Of a stretch of 64,000 bases of DNA, positions 37,461 through 50,645 are shown one piece after another. A program made the translations under genes and the position numbers. The first letter of the stretch is position 1; the number at the start of each line of letters is the position of its first letter. Source of the stretch: Scyliorhinus canicula (taxonomy: Eukaryota); assembly GCF_902713615.1 (NCBI RefSeq), contig NC_052149.1, positions 87,499,519-87,563,518 of the forward strand, read 5' to 3'. The notes beneath the pieces were generated by a model. It saw only the letters and a list, made by a program, of their open reading frames with translations. It ran no database searches and was not told where the DNA came from.

Positions 37461-38943
37461 TGACTTATGCCACTTGTAACCAATACATTGACAGGTTTAT
37501 TGCAATTTACATCTACAATTTTGAATGAACAACACCTGAATTTGCAGGGCATGGAACAGACCCATAACAAGCATATTATTGTTGTCAGCGCCAACTCACC
37601 TCTCTGCCTTCTCACTATCTCCCCAATTGCTTCTTGCTCCAGAAGTGGTAGCTTGATCTATAATTTAATTATTTATTTTTGAAAATGTTTCACTTCGTAA
37701 TTAATAGTGTTTGTATAAGGTGAGAGTCATCAATGTAGGCACAAGTGCTTCACACAGTGAACTGTGCAGCTGAAGGGTCCAGTATGTGATTCAAAGTTTA
37801 AAATCTGACAGATTAGATTTCTAAGTACATTTTTCACGTAATAAAGTGAACCTTGCACTCAGACCCAACAAAGCACTTGGATCGTTCAGCTTGATCCTAA
37901 AATTACATCTCATTCTGCAACCAGAGCCAACTAGGAAATTTCAGAGAAAATTCAAATTAGAACCTAGTGGGAAGTCAAAATATAAGTCTAGAATTCTACT
38001 TAATAGTTTAAAGATTGACTGTTGGCAATACCGGTAGGTTCTTTTAGCTATTTATTTTGGCCTTTACGCAGACAATATCCCCAAATAATAGAATGATTAC
38101 TATTAATCTACAAGTGTGAAATCCTATAATTTACAAAGAATCACACATCGGTCATTCCTATCCTTAGATCCAAGAAGCACCTGCTGTTTTATACCAAAAG
38201 TTTATTTTTCCCTCAATATCTTTTGACGTTCTATAACTTTCAAGTGCATCCAATGCTTCCAACTTCCATATCCAAGGTTCCTCTATCACCTTATTTGTGC
38301 ATTGTATTGTTTTTTTTAAATCCTATTGTCTGACAAGTAATCTTCCTCTGACCTTTAAACTTTGTCTGTTGCAAGTTGTAGGGGTGTGTCTACTTTATCA
38401 GTACTGGTAATAGTCATTTCTTACTCTGAGCTCTTGCTTCCCCTTAGATACAAATACGCTTCACCTTCTCCCTACATCCTCCTTGTGTTAAAGCTGAGAC
38501 CCATGTTGCTGTCTCCTAACCCAGTTCTTTCTTTTCCATTATCTCCACTCCCTTTTGTTTTTTCTACACTTTGCAAATCTTGAACACCTAAGCTTGGAGT
38601 CACCAAGCTACCACTTTTTGATCTACATTGTGATCTCACCTTAGTCCTTGAATTAGATTTTTTTTTAAACACAATGACAAAATAATAGTCTGAATTTGTT
38701 TGATACCCTTTTCTTTAATAGCACAATGTTCCTACTTCACTTGCATGTTAGTGGGTGGCACGGCAGCACAGTGGTTAGCACTGTTGCTTCACAGCACCGG
38801 GACCCGGGTTCGATTCCAGCTTGGTCACTGTCTGTGCGGAGTCTGCATGTTCCCGTGTCTGCGTGGGTTTCCTCTGGGCGGTCTGGTTACTTCCCACAAG
38901 TCCCAAAAGACCTGCTTGTTAGGTGAATTGAGCATTCTGAATT

Positions 38944-40795
38944 AGATATAGATATAGAGAAATACAGCACAGAACAGGCCCTTCGGCCCACGATGTTGTG
39001 CCGAACTTTTGTCCTCGGTTAATCATAGTGTCCAAAATTCTATGATAATCTAAGGGCAATTTATCATGGCCTATCCACCCAACCTGCACATCTTTGGACT
39101 GTGGGAGGAAACCAGAGCACCCGGAGGAAACCCACGCACACACGGGGAGGATGTGCAGACTCCACACAGACAGTGACCCAAGCCGGAATCGAACCTGGGA
39201 CCCTGGAGCTGTGAAGCAATTGTGCTATCCACAATGCTACCATGCTGCCCTTAAGAACAAATTAATCTACACCCCATTATTCTACCATAATCCATGTACC
39301 TATCCAATAACCGCTTGAAGGTCCCTAATGTTTCTGACTCAACTACTTCCACAGGCAGTGCATTCCATGCCCCCACTACTCTCTGGGTAAAGAACCTACC
39401 TCTGACATTCCCCCTATATCTTTCATCATTCACCTTAAATTTATGTCACCTTGTAATGGTTTGTTCCACCCGGGGAAAAAGTCTCTGACTGTCTACTCTA
39501 TCTATTCCCCGATCATCTTATAAACCTCTATCAAGTCGCCCCTCATCTTTCTCCGTTCTAATGCAAAAAGGCCTAGAACCCTCAACCTTTCCTCGTAAGA
39601 CCTACTCTCTATTCCAGGCAACATCCTGGTAAATCTCCTTTGCACCTTTTCCAAAGCTTCCACATCCTTCCTAAAATGAGGTGACCAGAACTACACACAG
39701 TACTCCAAATGTGGCCTTACCAAGGTTTTGTACAGCTGTATCATCACCTCACGACTCTTAAACTCAATCCCTCTGCTAATGAACGCTAGCACACCATAGG
39801 CCTTCTTCACAGCTCTATCCACTTGAGTGGCAACTTTCAAAGATCTATGAACATAGACCCCAAGATCTCTCTGCTCCTCTACATTGCCAAGAACCCTACC
39901 GTTAGCCCTGTATTCCACATTCATATTTGTCCTTCCAAAATGGACAATCTCACTCTTGTCAGGGTTAAACTCCATCTGCCACTTCTCAGCCCAGCTCTGC
40001 ATCCTATCTATGTCGCTTTGCAGCCAACAACAGCCCTCCTCACTATCCACAACTCCACCAATCTTCGTATCATCTGCAAATTTACTGATCCACCCTTCAA
40101 CTCCCTCATCCAAGTCGTTAATGAAAATCACAAACAGCAGAGGACCCAGAACTGATCCCTGTGGTACGCCACTGGTAACTGGGCTCCAGCCTGAATATTT
40201 GCCATCCACCACCACTCTCTGACTTCTATTGGTTTGCCAGTTCGTTATCCAACTGCCCTAATTTCCCACTATCCCATGCCTCCTTATTTTCTGCATAAGC
40301 CTACCATGGGGAACTTTATCAAATGCCTTACTAAAATCCATGTACACTACATCCACTGCTTTACCTTCATCCACATGCTTGGTCACCTCCTCAAAGAAGT
40401 CAATAAGACTGTAAGGCAAGACGTACCCCTCACAAATCCGTGCTGACTATCCCTAATCAAGCAGTGTCTTTCCAGATGCTCAGAAATCCTATCCCTCAGT
40501 ACCCTTTCCATTACTTTGCCTACTACCGAAGTAAGACTAACTGGCCTGTAATTCCCAGGGTTATCCCTATTCCCTTTTTTGAACAGGGGCACGACATTCG
40601 CCACTCTCCAATCCCCTGGAACCACCCCTGTTGACAGTGAGGACGTAAAGATCATTGCCAACGGCTCTGAAATTTCATTTGTTGCTTCCCATAGAATCCT
40701 TGGATATATCCCGTCAGGCCCGGGGACTTGTCTATCCTAAAACGCCCAACACATCTTCCACCCTAACAAGTATCTCCTCGAGCTTACCAGTCTGT
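38944..40795 (-). mobile_element. CR1 LINE, 5'-truncated, relatively young
   Basis: [51 protein letters not shown]; 3' tail with microsatellite. Confidence 0.93.
39051..39250 (-). mobile_element. V-SINE head and core nested in the CR1 3' UTR, same orientation
   Basis: GGGCAGCATGGTAGC head through AAATTGCCCTTA; absent from the related CR1 at 58690-60303. Confidence 0.85.
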
Positions 40796-41633
40796 TTCTC
40801 CCGCAGTATACCCGAACAGGAGCCAGAGTATGGTGACCAGGGGATTTTCACAGTAACTGCATTGCAGTGTTAATGTAAGCCTACTTGTGACACTAATAAA
40901 GATTATTCTTTATTTATTTTTATTGTGATTGCCCAATGGTACATTTTATTGGACCATATAAGGTATTGCCAGCCAAACCCATGGATTAGGTAATAAATGT
41001 CCCATGACCATTGATAAGCTCCAACAGTGAAGTGGAACGTTTCTACTTTAAGATATAAAAATATCTGACAATTACATTTATAAAACATATGTCTGGTAAG
41101 CATCTTATAAATTTAAAGTTCAGTCCATGATTTAGCTCCAGGGTGATGTAACAGTTTTTAACATTGTCCATTGGTATGCTTCAATGCGCATTATAATTTT
41201 GTCACACGGCTACAATTGCTTGAACAGCGACAGACCTTAAAGCATATGACATATTACGTAAGCAGTCATAACATTGCTACCAATATATCAATTGAAATTA
41301 CTTGGTGGGTAAATGTATTGCCGGATGAAGTACTGAACCGTACAAACTACAAGAGTCTCAGGTTTCATCAACTATGCATCAGCTTTCACCAGTGATGGTG
41401 TTTGAGCCTGCTGAAGCAGTATTTCCACTTAAATTAAGATCTGCTGTTGAAACCCTTATTCTGCCTTTGTCATCTCCAGGTTCAACAACTCCTGGACAAC
41501 CCATAATCCTTCACCCTCCAGGAAATTCAGCTCACCTAAAATGTATCCTACGTATCCTATCTCACACCAGATCCTTCTCATCCATCACCTCTCTGCTCGC
41601 TGACCCTCATGGCTCCTGAATGACCAACACCTG

Positions 41634-42322
41634 GGGCGGAATTCTCCAACCCCCCAGGGGATCGGAGAATCACCCGGGGCCGGCTTGAATCCTGCCCCCA
41701 CCGTGGCCTGAATTCTCCACCACCCGGGAATCGGCGGGGGGCGGGAATCATGCCGCGCCGGTCGGTGGGCCCCCCGCGCCGATTCTCCGGCACGTGATGG
41801 GCCGAAGTTTCGCCGCTGACAGGCCTCTCCCACCGGGGGGAATCAAAACACCTCTGGTGCTGGCGGGATTGGCGGCGCGGGCGTACTCCGGCGGGGGGGG
41901 GGGGGGGGGGGGGGGGGGGCGCGGCGCAATCTGACCCTGTGGGGTGCCCCCACGGTGGCCTGGCCCGCGATCGGGGCCCACCGATTGGCAGGTGAGCCTG
42001 TGCCGTGGGGGCACTCTTTTTCTTCCACCCCGCCATGGAGGGGGCGGAAGAGATCCCCTCCCCTGCGCATGCACTGGTATGACGTCAGCAGCCGCTGATG
42101 CACCGGCGCATGTGCGGCTTTCTGCCGGCTGGCGAAGGCCTTTCAGCCCCAGCTGGTGGGGCGCCAAAGGCCATTCGCCGGTCGGCGGAGCAGCAATCAC
42201 TCCGGCGCGGGCCTATCCCCTCAATGTGAGGGCTTGGCCCCTAAAGGTGCGGACAATTGGGGAGGCCCGACGCCGGAGTGGTTGACGCCACTCCAATACA
42301 CTGGGACACCCCACCCCCGGCC
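41634..42322. mobile_element. Harbinger-type MITE with damaged right end, inside an old L2-like tail (about 41400-42620)
   Basis: Left TIR gggcggaattctcc; TSD CTG at 41631-41633 and 42323-42325. Confidence 0.72.
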
Positions 42323-42802
42323 CTGGATTTTGAAGTTCTTGTTCTCATGTTGAAAACCTGTCATGATCTTTTACCCACCTTCCGATCTATCCCTCTCCCC
42401 CTCTCCATCATTTTGAGGCCTTTATTTCCACCTCCTAAGTCCAATGCTTTGCAATTCACTCTTTAAGTCACTCTGGCTTTCCATCTCCCTTTCCTCCTTA
42501 AAACCAATTTTCTTGGCCAAACTTGCAGTTATTCCATTAATATTTACTTCACTGGATCATTGTTCACTTTTGTATGATTACATTTCTACTTAAAAGGTGT
42601 TATTATAAAGGTATGTTGTTGCTGTTGTTGGAATCAATTCCCAGCAACCGAAACATCCTTTTCTGCTTTGAACCTGCTCTTAGCTGACCTCTATCATCTT
42701 GCACATGTATGAATCATCACCCAAATAACAAATAATATTTTCCCAGCAGTTTGTGCTTTAACACTTTTGTTACATGCCACTATAAAATATATTAATGGGG
42801 AT

Positions 42803-43186
42803 TGTTATATTACCTTGTGTAATATAATATATTACTCTTTTGAACCAGCGAGTTGATGAAATGAACAATAGTCTTCTTGTAAAGGTGAACTAATTTATTG
42901 AGTAATGTTAATAATATTCGAGTCCTTTTTACTTATTACTCAACCAGTAAAAGAAATAAAATAGAGTAAAGAAAACTAACTATACAATGTAATAATGAAA
43001 TAACTTCTAACTTTTCTCTCTCTGGCTATTCTATGTCTTGTCTGTTCACTCTCCTGAAGCACACTCTCTCAGAAAGAACGAGAAAATACTTCTTATATCA
43101 CCTGATAGTGAGGCATCTAGTGTTGAATTGACTGTACTAGTTTTACATACATTGATCATGTATATTGATATACAGACATCACTACA
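42803..43186 (-). mobile_element. Solo LTR, 384 bp
   Basis: TG...CA termini, exact 5-bp TSD GGGAT, minus-strand AATAAA. Confidence 0.82.
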
Positions 43187-43599
43187 GGGATCTGACAATA
43201 TGTCAACTAGAGGTATGAAGAAGTTGGCAGTGAGTTACATAGGGCTATCTGTGATGATAAATAGGAAATAATAAAGTACCAGAAATCTAAGAGGGAAATA
43301 TGTAAATGTATGAATTATTCAGGAGAGAATACAAAGCTGACAAGAAAATCTCCCTTTGTGGGTCTAGGAATTATATGAAGCATAATTGACAGCTGAGAGT
43401 AGTTATATTGTATAATAGATAAAGTGACCTACAACATTAAAGAGAACCATCAGTGATTAAGTGCAAGAAAATACAGAATTGTTAGTGAATAACTTTGAGA
43501 ATACAAGAGGAATGGTAGTGAATTACAGTAAGCGTAACAGTAACAAACCTCTAATAATCAAATGCACTATTGAGTGTTGTCCGTGAGCTGCATAAACAG

Positions 43600-44205
43600 A
43601 TGGTAGAGAGATACATAGGGGGAAACAAAAAGGAATATGGGGGGTGGAGAGAGGGAAGTGTCGGGGTATGGGGAGTGTGGGATGGGGGTGGTGCCAGGGC
43701 TGGTGGCTCACCCGGGCTGGCCTGAGAAGGTCATGTCTCATTTTCCAGCATTGCTGTCCAGTCCTCGCAGTGGGGTCCACGGTGCTCACGGCCTCTGCCA
43801 CGTGCACCCAGGCCTGGTTGATGTTGGTGGGTGGCAGCCTCATTCCCACCCCGAGGAGCAGTGTGTTCCGCCTCTCCTCCACAGCATCGAGCATTATCTT
43901 GAGCTCTGCATCCCTGAATTCCAGGGCCTCTCTTTGGGGTTGCATTTTCTTGGTTGGAATGAGAGTGGATGGGAAATGAAGTGCTTATATGCATCTCCAG
44001 CTCGTGTCGCTCTCCAATGCCAATCCTGACTGCAATAAATCCGACGCTGGCGTCTGTTGGAATTGCACTAATAACACGTGGCACAAATACAGGCCCATTA
44101 ACATGTGCTGAATTTCTCCAGGACCGGTGCCGCCATGGGGACCGTGGAACACCCGCCATCAGTCCCGGCGTCGGTTCTTAGTCTCTCAAACGGAGAATCC
44201 CGCCC
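43600..44205 (-). mobile_element. Harbinger end fragment with Myb/SANT-like (NAIF1-type) exon 1
   Basis: FRDAELKIMLDAVEERR...AWVHVAEAVS...RTGQQCWKMRHDL followed by a gtgagc donor; TIR ggagaatcccgccc ends at 44205. Confidence 0.8.
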
Positions 44206-44280
44206 TATGTGTCTGAATGTTGGGTCACAATCAGATCAGGCTCATGCGTAAAGAATAGCCACATTAACCCATATACATAC

Positions 44281-44440
44281 ATTTATTTTATTTATTAAGA
44301 GATAATTTAGTGTGGCTAATCCATCTACCCTGCACATCTTCGAGTTGTGGGGGTAAGTACCACGCAGACACCGGAAGAATGTGCAAACTCCACACGGACA
44401 GTGACCTGGAGCCGAGATTGAACCCGAGTCCTCAGCGCTT
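44281..44440 (-). mobile_element. Short V-SINE fragment
   Basis: B box and V core. Confidence 0.72.
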
Positions 44441-44569
44441 AACGCAGATGGATATATACCGGAACGAGTCAGCACTTTGATAGAATATCTGAGAGAGTTC
44501 AAGGTGAAGCAAAGTGTTCTACTTTTCTTACTGTTAGGTAGCAATCAGGCTGAGGGTGGCAGAAAAGTG

Positions 44570-45513
44570 GCAAGTGAATCTCCGGAAAATTTTCGAAGTG
44601 TTGTAGGGAGCGGGAGTTGCCGCAAATCTCCTGCCGCTCGGCCCAGCGAGGCCTGCAACGCATTCAATGTTAATTGGTTCACTTAACGAGGTCTCACAGG
44701 CTTCTCATAGCAAATGAAGGCCCACCAGCTGATTCGCCGGGACCGCGTTCACTAGCCGCCCTCCCTGCTAACAAGGTCGAGCAGCACTTAAGCTACATTT
44801 GCTCAGCCAACCTTAGTAAGCTCACAGTAATGGCGCCGAGGAGACCGGCCCCAAGATTCGGGGATTCTGACCTGGGGATGGTCCTATTCGCAGTGGAGGC
44901 CAGGAGGAATGTCTTGTTCCCCCGCGGGTCCCAGAGAGTCAGCCACAAGGCAGCCAGTGCTATCTGGGATGAGGTGGCAGCAGCTGTCAGCTGAGGAGTG
45001 ACCAGGAGAACTGCCCGTCAGTGCCATGAGAAGGTAAACGACCTACACAGGGCAGCGCGAGTGAGTAGACACCAATGCCCCTCCCACCTCCACCACCGCA
45101 CCTTCCAAGGAAGCATCCACCCCAATTCCCCATACCACCCCAATACTTCCTCCACTCCCTTCCCCTTCAACCCCCCCAACCCCTTCTTCACACCCCCACC
45201 ACGACCACCACTGTGAACCACACATGTAGCTAACAATGCCCTCAGGAAAAGCTCTTCCATAACCGGCAGGAGAGGGCCCAAATTGGCGCAGGTGTGCCGG
45301 ACTCAAGAATCCTCGCCTCGTTTGAGGAGTGTGTCGTGGAGGTGACTGGGGTGTCCGAGGACAGATCAATCACCCACACGGAGGCTGGCGGTGCCACCCG
45401 GAGGACCTGCCAAATGTCAGCAGCTATTGCCTTACTTATTGACCCATCCCTCCCACTGACCACATATCCATTCTCCTGCAGGTCCTCCAGCCGACAGCAC
45501 CTGCCCATTCCTG

Positions 45514-45560
<47 letters not shown>

Positions 45561-47562
45561 TCCTGACTCCGAGGAGAACACCTTGGAGGAGAGCTCCGAG
45601 GATGCAACTGTTATTATCGTGGCACAACTGTCATCCCCACCCTCCACCAGCGTAGATACACACACCTCTGTGGTAAATGTTAGTGGACAAGTTTTTGGGG
45701 CACAATCTACTGAGCACCACTCTGCTGATGATGCACATAAGGTGACGGCAGGAATACCCAGTCGAGACAGCAGTCGGAGGGCTGCTAGATCTCAGGACCC
45801 AGTTGGGTCCAGCCTGATGCTGAGCCTGTGGTACAGAGGTACTCGGAGCTGATGGGGATGATAGGAAGTGGCCGGGACATTCAGACGGGGATGTCAGCGT
45901 CACTCCAGCAGATCCATACCCGATTGGAGTCCCAGAGGCTCGGAGTGCAGGAGATGGCGCCGGCAATGTGTAGCACCGAGGCCAACCCTGCTAGGGTGGC
46001 GACCGCAGTGGAGAGCCTGGTGCATGATGTTGGCACCATTAGTGAATGTGTCCAAGGTGTCGTGCAGTCGGTGGCAGCCATGGCTGAGGGTCTCAATTAA
46101 ATGTTCAACTCGCTGGGGGATGTCGCCCAGTATCAGGCCGACCTTGATGAGGTTATGCGGGCCATGTCCCGCTCTCAGATGGGAATGGAGGTGCTGAGTG
46201 CCAACCCAAACTCGTCCCATGGAGTAGCGACGGTGGCCACCAGCTCCCCAGAGTCCCACTCCTCTGATGAGGCTGCGTCTTGAGGTCAGCACACAGGATA
46301 GGGCGGTACGGCTGTGCATGTGCCACTGACAAATGAGCCAGGGCCCTCCAGCCCCAGAGACCCAGAGGACACCCGCCAGGGGCATCCAAGGCTACGGGAC
46401 GAGAAAGGCAGCCTCCACTTCAGATGCACAACCTGGGGAAATACCTAAACGTAGTGGTGGAGCTAGGATGGCCAAGCATATTGAGGATCACTGAGGGCAC
46501 TGGGAAAAGGGGTGGAGGTTAGGTAGGGGGTGGGAGGGGAGGTGGAGGTTTGGGGGGGGGGGGGGGGGAGTATCTTCGGGAGTGAGATATTGTATGACAC
46601 ATTAAACACCTTTTTGCACAGCCATTATGATGCCTCTTTCACTTTCTTCCGCAATGCAGGCTGACCTCCGGACCCTTAGCCCATCGCTCCCGGCTTCCCC
46701 CCCCCCATGGCATCCACCCACCCTCTGGCTGTGGACATGTCCCCGGAGCTGTGTCCCATACCTGTGTTTAGATGTTGCATGCGTGGTGTTACCCCCCACA
46801 ATGTTCAGGCACAGTGTCCAGGCATCAGGGTGTGATTGGGATACTAGGCAATGACTCCCACATGCTACATGGCCCACCCACCCATGGTAATCCCTTGGCA
46901 TGTGTGAAGTGCTCACTTAACCACAATCGGCAGTTCCATATTGGCTAATCGCCTTGAGCCGCACAGCCAGAGGCCTTAGCAATAGGTGAGGGTTATTGGT
47001 GGTCGTTGAGGCACAAGGGTTGCCCCAGAATGGGTAAACGATCCAGGGTTTGGCATGGTGGTGTCGTGAGTGGTTGCCCCCCGGATGCCCCCCCCCCCCC
47101 CCCCCCCCCGATACCCACCCATGGCAGCCCACCCCTGCTAAGGGTCCCCCACCCCCGGCCAAGGGTCCCTCAACCCCCACCGAGCATTGGGGTGGCAATC
47201 CCAGCCCCCCTGGGCTCGTTTCCTGTGAGCAAAGATGACTACTCACCTCCTCGGCTCCCCACAGAAGCCCGTTCACATTTTTCAAAAGGAGTACTAATTG
47301 GCACCCGCATGAGCGGAGGCCGCTGAATGACGTGGGGCCGTTGGATACGGGGTGACTCATTAATTGTATGGAAAGAGGGCTTAAGTGGTATAAATGGTTT
47401 CTCACCACGCTACGGCGAGAACCCAATTTCGCCTACGAGAGCAGGCCGGTTGCATCGCAAACTGTTTGCCGCCTAGCGCGGATCTCGTTTTTGGCCTCTC
47501 CCGCGATTTATCGGCTTTGTTTGGCTTGAGCGAGGGCGTAACGAGGCTGGAGAATCTCTCCC
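44570..47562 (+). mobile_element. Non-autonomous Harbinger retaining a decayed spliced Myb/SANT gene
   Basis: Degenerate TIRs, TSD GTG; no DDE transposase recognised by eye. Confidence 0.72.
44830..46494 (+). pseudogene. Harbinger Myb/SANT-like gene: exon 1 44830-45060, exon 2 from 45246, exon 3 from about 45482
   Basis: MAPRRPAPRFGDSDL...IWDEVAAAVS*GVTRRTARQCHEKVNDLHRAAR|gtgagt; cag|EKLFHNRQERAQIG; low-complexity then coiled-coil C-terminus; in-frame stops; ATTAAA at 46601. Confidence 0.75.
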
Positions 47563-48500
47563 GTGGGAAAGCTCTACCTGGTGTTGCGTTTCCGTGTGTA
47601 TGATAAGATAACGGAGATACGGCAGTGTCGTAGCTTGGGATTATTCCAGCAGAGTATTGTCAGGAAGTAAACCATTCAGCAACTGCACTGCCAGGTAACA
47701 AAAGTATAAATTTTATTTGAAAAATAGGGAAAGTACAAAAAAGATTATGTTGGCTCTTCACAGTTGTGTGATTTCACTTCATGATTGCCTCCTTCCTAAA
47801 TATTTTATTATTTTTCTGAAACAATAAAGAATGCCCCCAGAAGTTTTGATGCTGACAGAAATCTTTACAAATGTAATTTTTATTTCACCAGTAACAGCAA
47901 TATTACCACTTTCTATTATGATGTGTATTGCATTTATTTAAAAAATGTAAATGTTTCTTAGGATTTTCTTCAATGTTAATGAAGAAAGAAATGTGACAGC
48001 AGCCGGGCACGACCTGCTGTTTCCTAAAATTACATCATTTCTTGTTTTCCCTTTATCTAAAGTCAAATGTACATTCTGACAATGTTAAATGAAACTTAGA
48101 TGAGGGCTCCTGCTTTCATCATTCAGACATGACGGAGAAAGTTAATTTTCTGTCTTTGAAATTTAAACCTGAATCTAATTCAAAAAAGGGGAAAACATTA
48201 AACCCTTTAAACTAACCAAGAGGATGGGCCAGGTGTGTTAAATTAATTCATCACAAACATTTGTAGTAACCAAAGAATTCTCCGTCAATTTCAAAATCCA
48301 TCCAAATGATTGAAGAACATATATTACTGTAGTTTTCAAAACACTATTGTGTACGGATTTTAATACATCTCAAGCTTTGCGAGGGGCATGGCCCATAGTA
48401 TGGGTTGCTACCAAGTTTTTAAAAAGGTCAGACGATTATTCAAATAAAGAAGCATTTGTTAGGCAGTGTCAAACTTGGGTTTAAATAGCCTGTAGACCCA

Positions 48501-49676
48501 GGGCCGGATTTTCGTGAAGTCTTCTCGAGGGACCTTTAATATTGGTGGGCTGGATCCAGATATGGAGGTCCACCCCAGTTTCCAGCAGATATAATGTTTG
48601 TCATGAGGGGAATAGGGTGGGGCATGAATCAGACATGTGCAAAAACATAAACCTGTTGGATGATGAGTTTAAACCAATCCTGTTTTCACTGTTTCATTTG
48701 CCTTGCATAGCTTGAAGTGTGGGAATCATGAATTTATGGAGCAAATACAAGCACTCTTGAAGGATGTATACTGTCTGTTTAAGTGTCATGATCTGGAGTT
48801 ATTTAAATCCTCAGTCCTTTAATACCAAAAAAAACTAGGCTAAGGCTGTGAGTTAGAGTAGAAGAAACACACTGCTGGAGTACATCGATTGATAGGCTGT
48901 CTGGTATAGCTTAGAAAAAACTACCACCATATGCACTAGCAGTTTCAATAGACTTCATTATTAATATTGCTCAAGGGCTGTTATTACAACTGAGCCCATT
49001 ATGAAAGCTTGGTTGAGATTCAAAAGGTCAAAAGCTACTTATCTCAGTGGGCATGGGGTTGGCACTGAGGTCACATTTTGATTGACAATTTTAATAGGCT
49101 ATTAAAGGATCCACTGTCTTTATGTGGTTTCTGAATGGAAGTTTCTTTTTATAACAAACTGACCATTTGAGGGTATTTAAAATCTTTGAATGGGTTTCAT
49201 GAATGAGAGTTTTATTCTGTTTCAAGTGTGAATGAGTAAGACCGATTTGATTATTAAGAGGGCTTTTTTCATCTTCCCATTATAGATAGCTTGAGTGGCT
49301 ATGAAGGTGATATAGGGTTACGAGGTGTCATGGAGATATGAGGTACCATAGAGGTGTCATGGGGATGTGAGGTGGCATGAAGAAGGAATGGGGGTGGGTG
49401 GGGGAATGACGGGTGAGGACTAGAAGGTCCAAAAGCCCTTTATAAAACTAGGTCCATGTCTCAGGGAACTGACGCGCACTTTCTAACCAGCCTGTCTTGA
49501 CACTTGCTCACCTCCGTGGCCATTTCTGAACTTCCTCTGCAGGCAACAGACTCAACTTGATCATATCCTTACCAGAGCAAAAGCACGCGTGATGGGGCCC
49601 TTTAATTGAGGCGGATCTGCCAAGTTAACAAATTTCCCAACTCAAGCTAGTCGATTCGATCGTAAAAAACCAGCCC
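48501..49676. mobile_element. Old Harbinger-type non-autonomous element
   Basis: gggccggatttt ... aaaaccagccc; near-TSD CCA/ACA. Confidence 0.5.
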
Positions 49677-50259
49677 ACAGAGACAGTTTCGGTAGTAATC
49701 AACTGGACTAGAAGAGGTGAAATATGAACTAATTTCAGCAAGGATCCTCCATGATATAGGACCAGTTTTGGATAGAGTTAAAGGTTAGAGAAAAATATAT
49801 TTGGCATGAAAGAGGAAACCAATCTTCTTGGGTGCAGCTTTAACAATGGAGGCAATGTGGGAGTTTCATTTGAGATTAGAGGAGACAGTGAGACCAATAT
49901 TGAGGCCAACAACTTTGTACGGCATTCCACAATGTGAAAAAAAATCAGAAATAGAAGTAAATACGAGGTTGGAATCATAATATGATTACTCTGTGATCTC
50001 TCCTAAATCAATCACTGTTATTTTATTTAGCATACAGAGCACTTATTGAAAGCTTAAAGGGCATTTATATAATTTGAACGATGTTCTTTTGCAGCACTGA
50101 ACACCCAATGGTAAATTTTCCTTGTATCTTTCAACTCTGAGCCCTTCAACTATGAATTTATTTGCTTCTTTTTCTTATTTATTTCATTTATTTTTTTTCT
50201 TCCCCATCATACAGATGATTATTTTGTCCATTTTCGTTTGCTCACGTTTTCCTTCAGAT

Positions 50260-50630
50260 GTCACCTTTGACCTGAATTGAAAGGTTGCAGATTCAAATCC
50301 CATTCCAGAGACTTGAATCTAGGTTGACAGTTCAGTACAGCAATGTTGTTAATTCTGTCCTTCAGAAAACATGTTAAATCCCAACCTTTGGTGGGCATAA
50401 ACAATACCATAGGGCTATTCAAAGAATGGCAATGGAGTAGTCCAGGTTTTCTGATCAACATTTGTCCTTTAGCCAACATCACTAAATTAGATCATCTGGT
50501 CCTTGATTATATTGCTGTTTCTGACCTTTGCTATGTGTAAATTGGCTGCTCTTTTTCCCTACATTACAACAGGAGCAACATTTCAAAAGTACTTAATAAG
50601 CTGTGAAGTGCTTTGGGATACCCTGTGACT
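50260..50630 (+). mobile_element. Old Deu-domain-like SINE (SacSINE1-like)
   Basis: B box remnant TTCAAATCCC, Deu-like core, tail TGTGAAGTGCTTTGGGA; family assigned from memory of the consensus. Confidence 0.55.
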
Positions 50631-50645
50631 ATTGGGATATCCTGA

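Larger units (their letters stand above)
38753..40907 (+). mobile_element. Type c V-SINE split by a CR1 insertion (head 38753-38943, tail 40796-40907)
   Basis: ...CATTCTGAATT|[CR1]|CTCCC... rejoins to the intact type c sequence seen elsewhere in the window. Confidence 0.8.
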
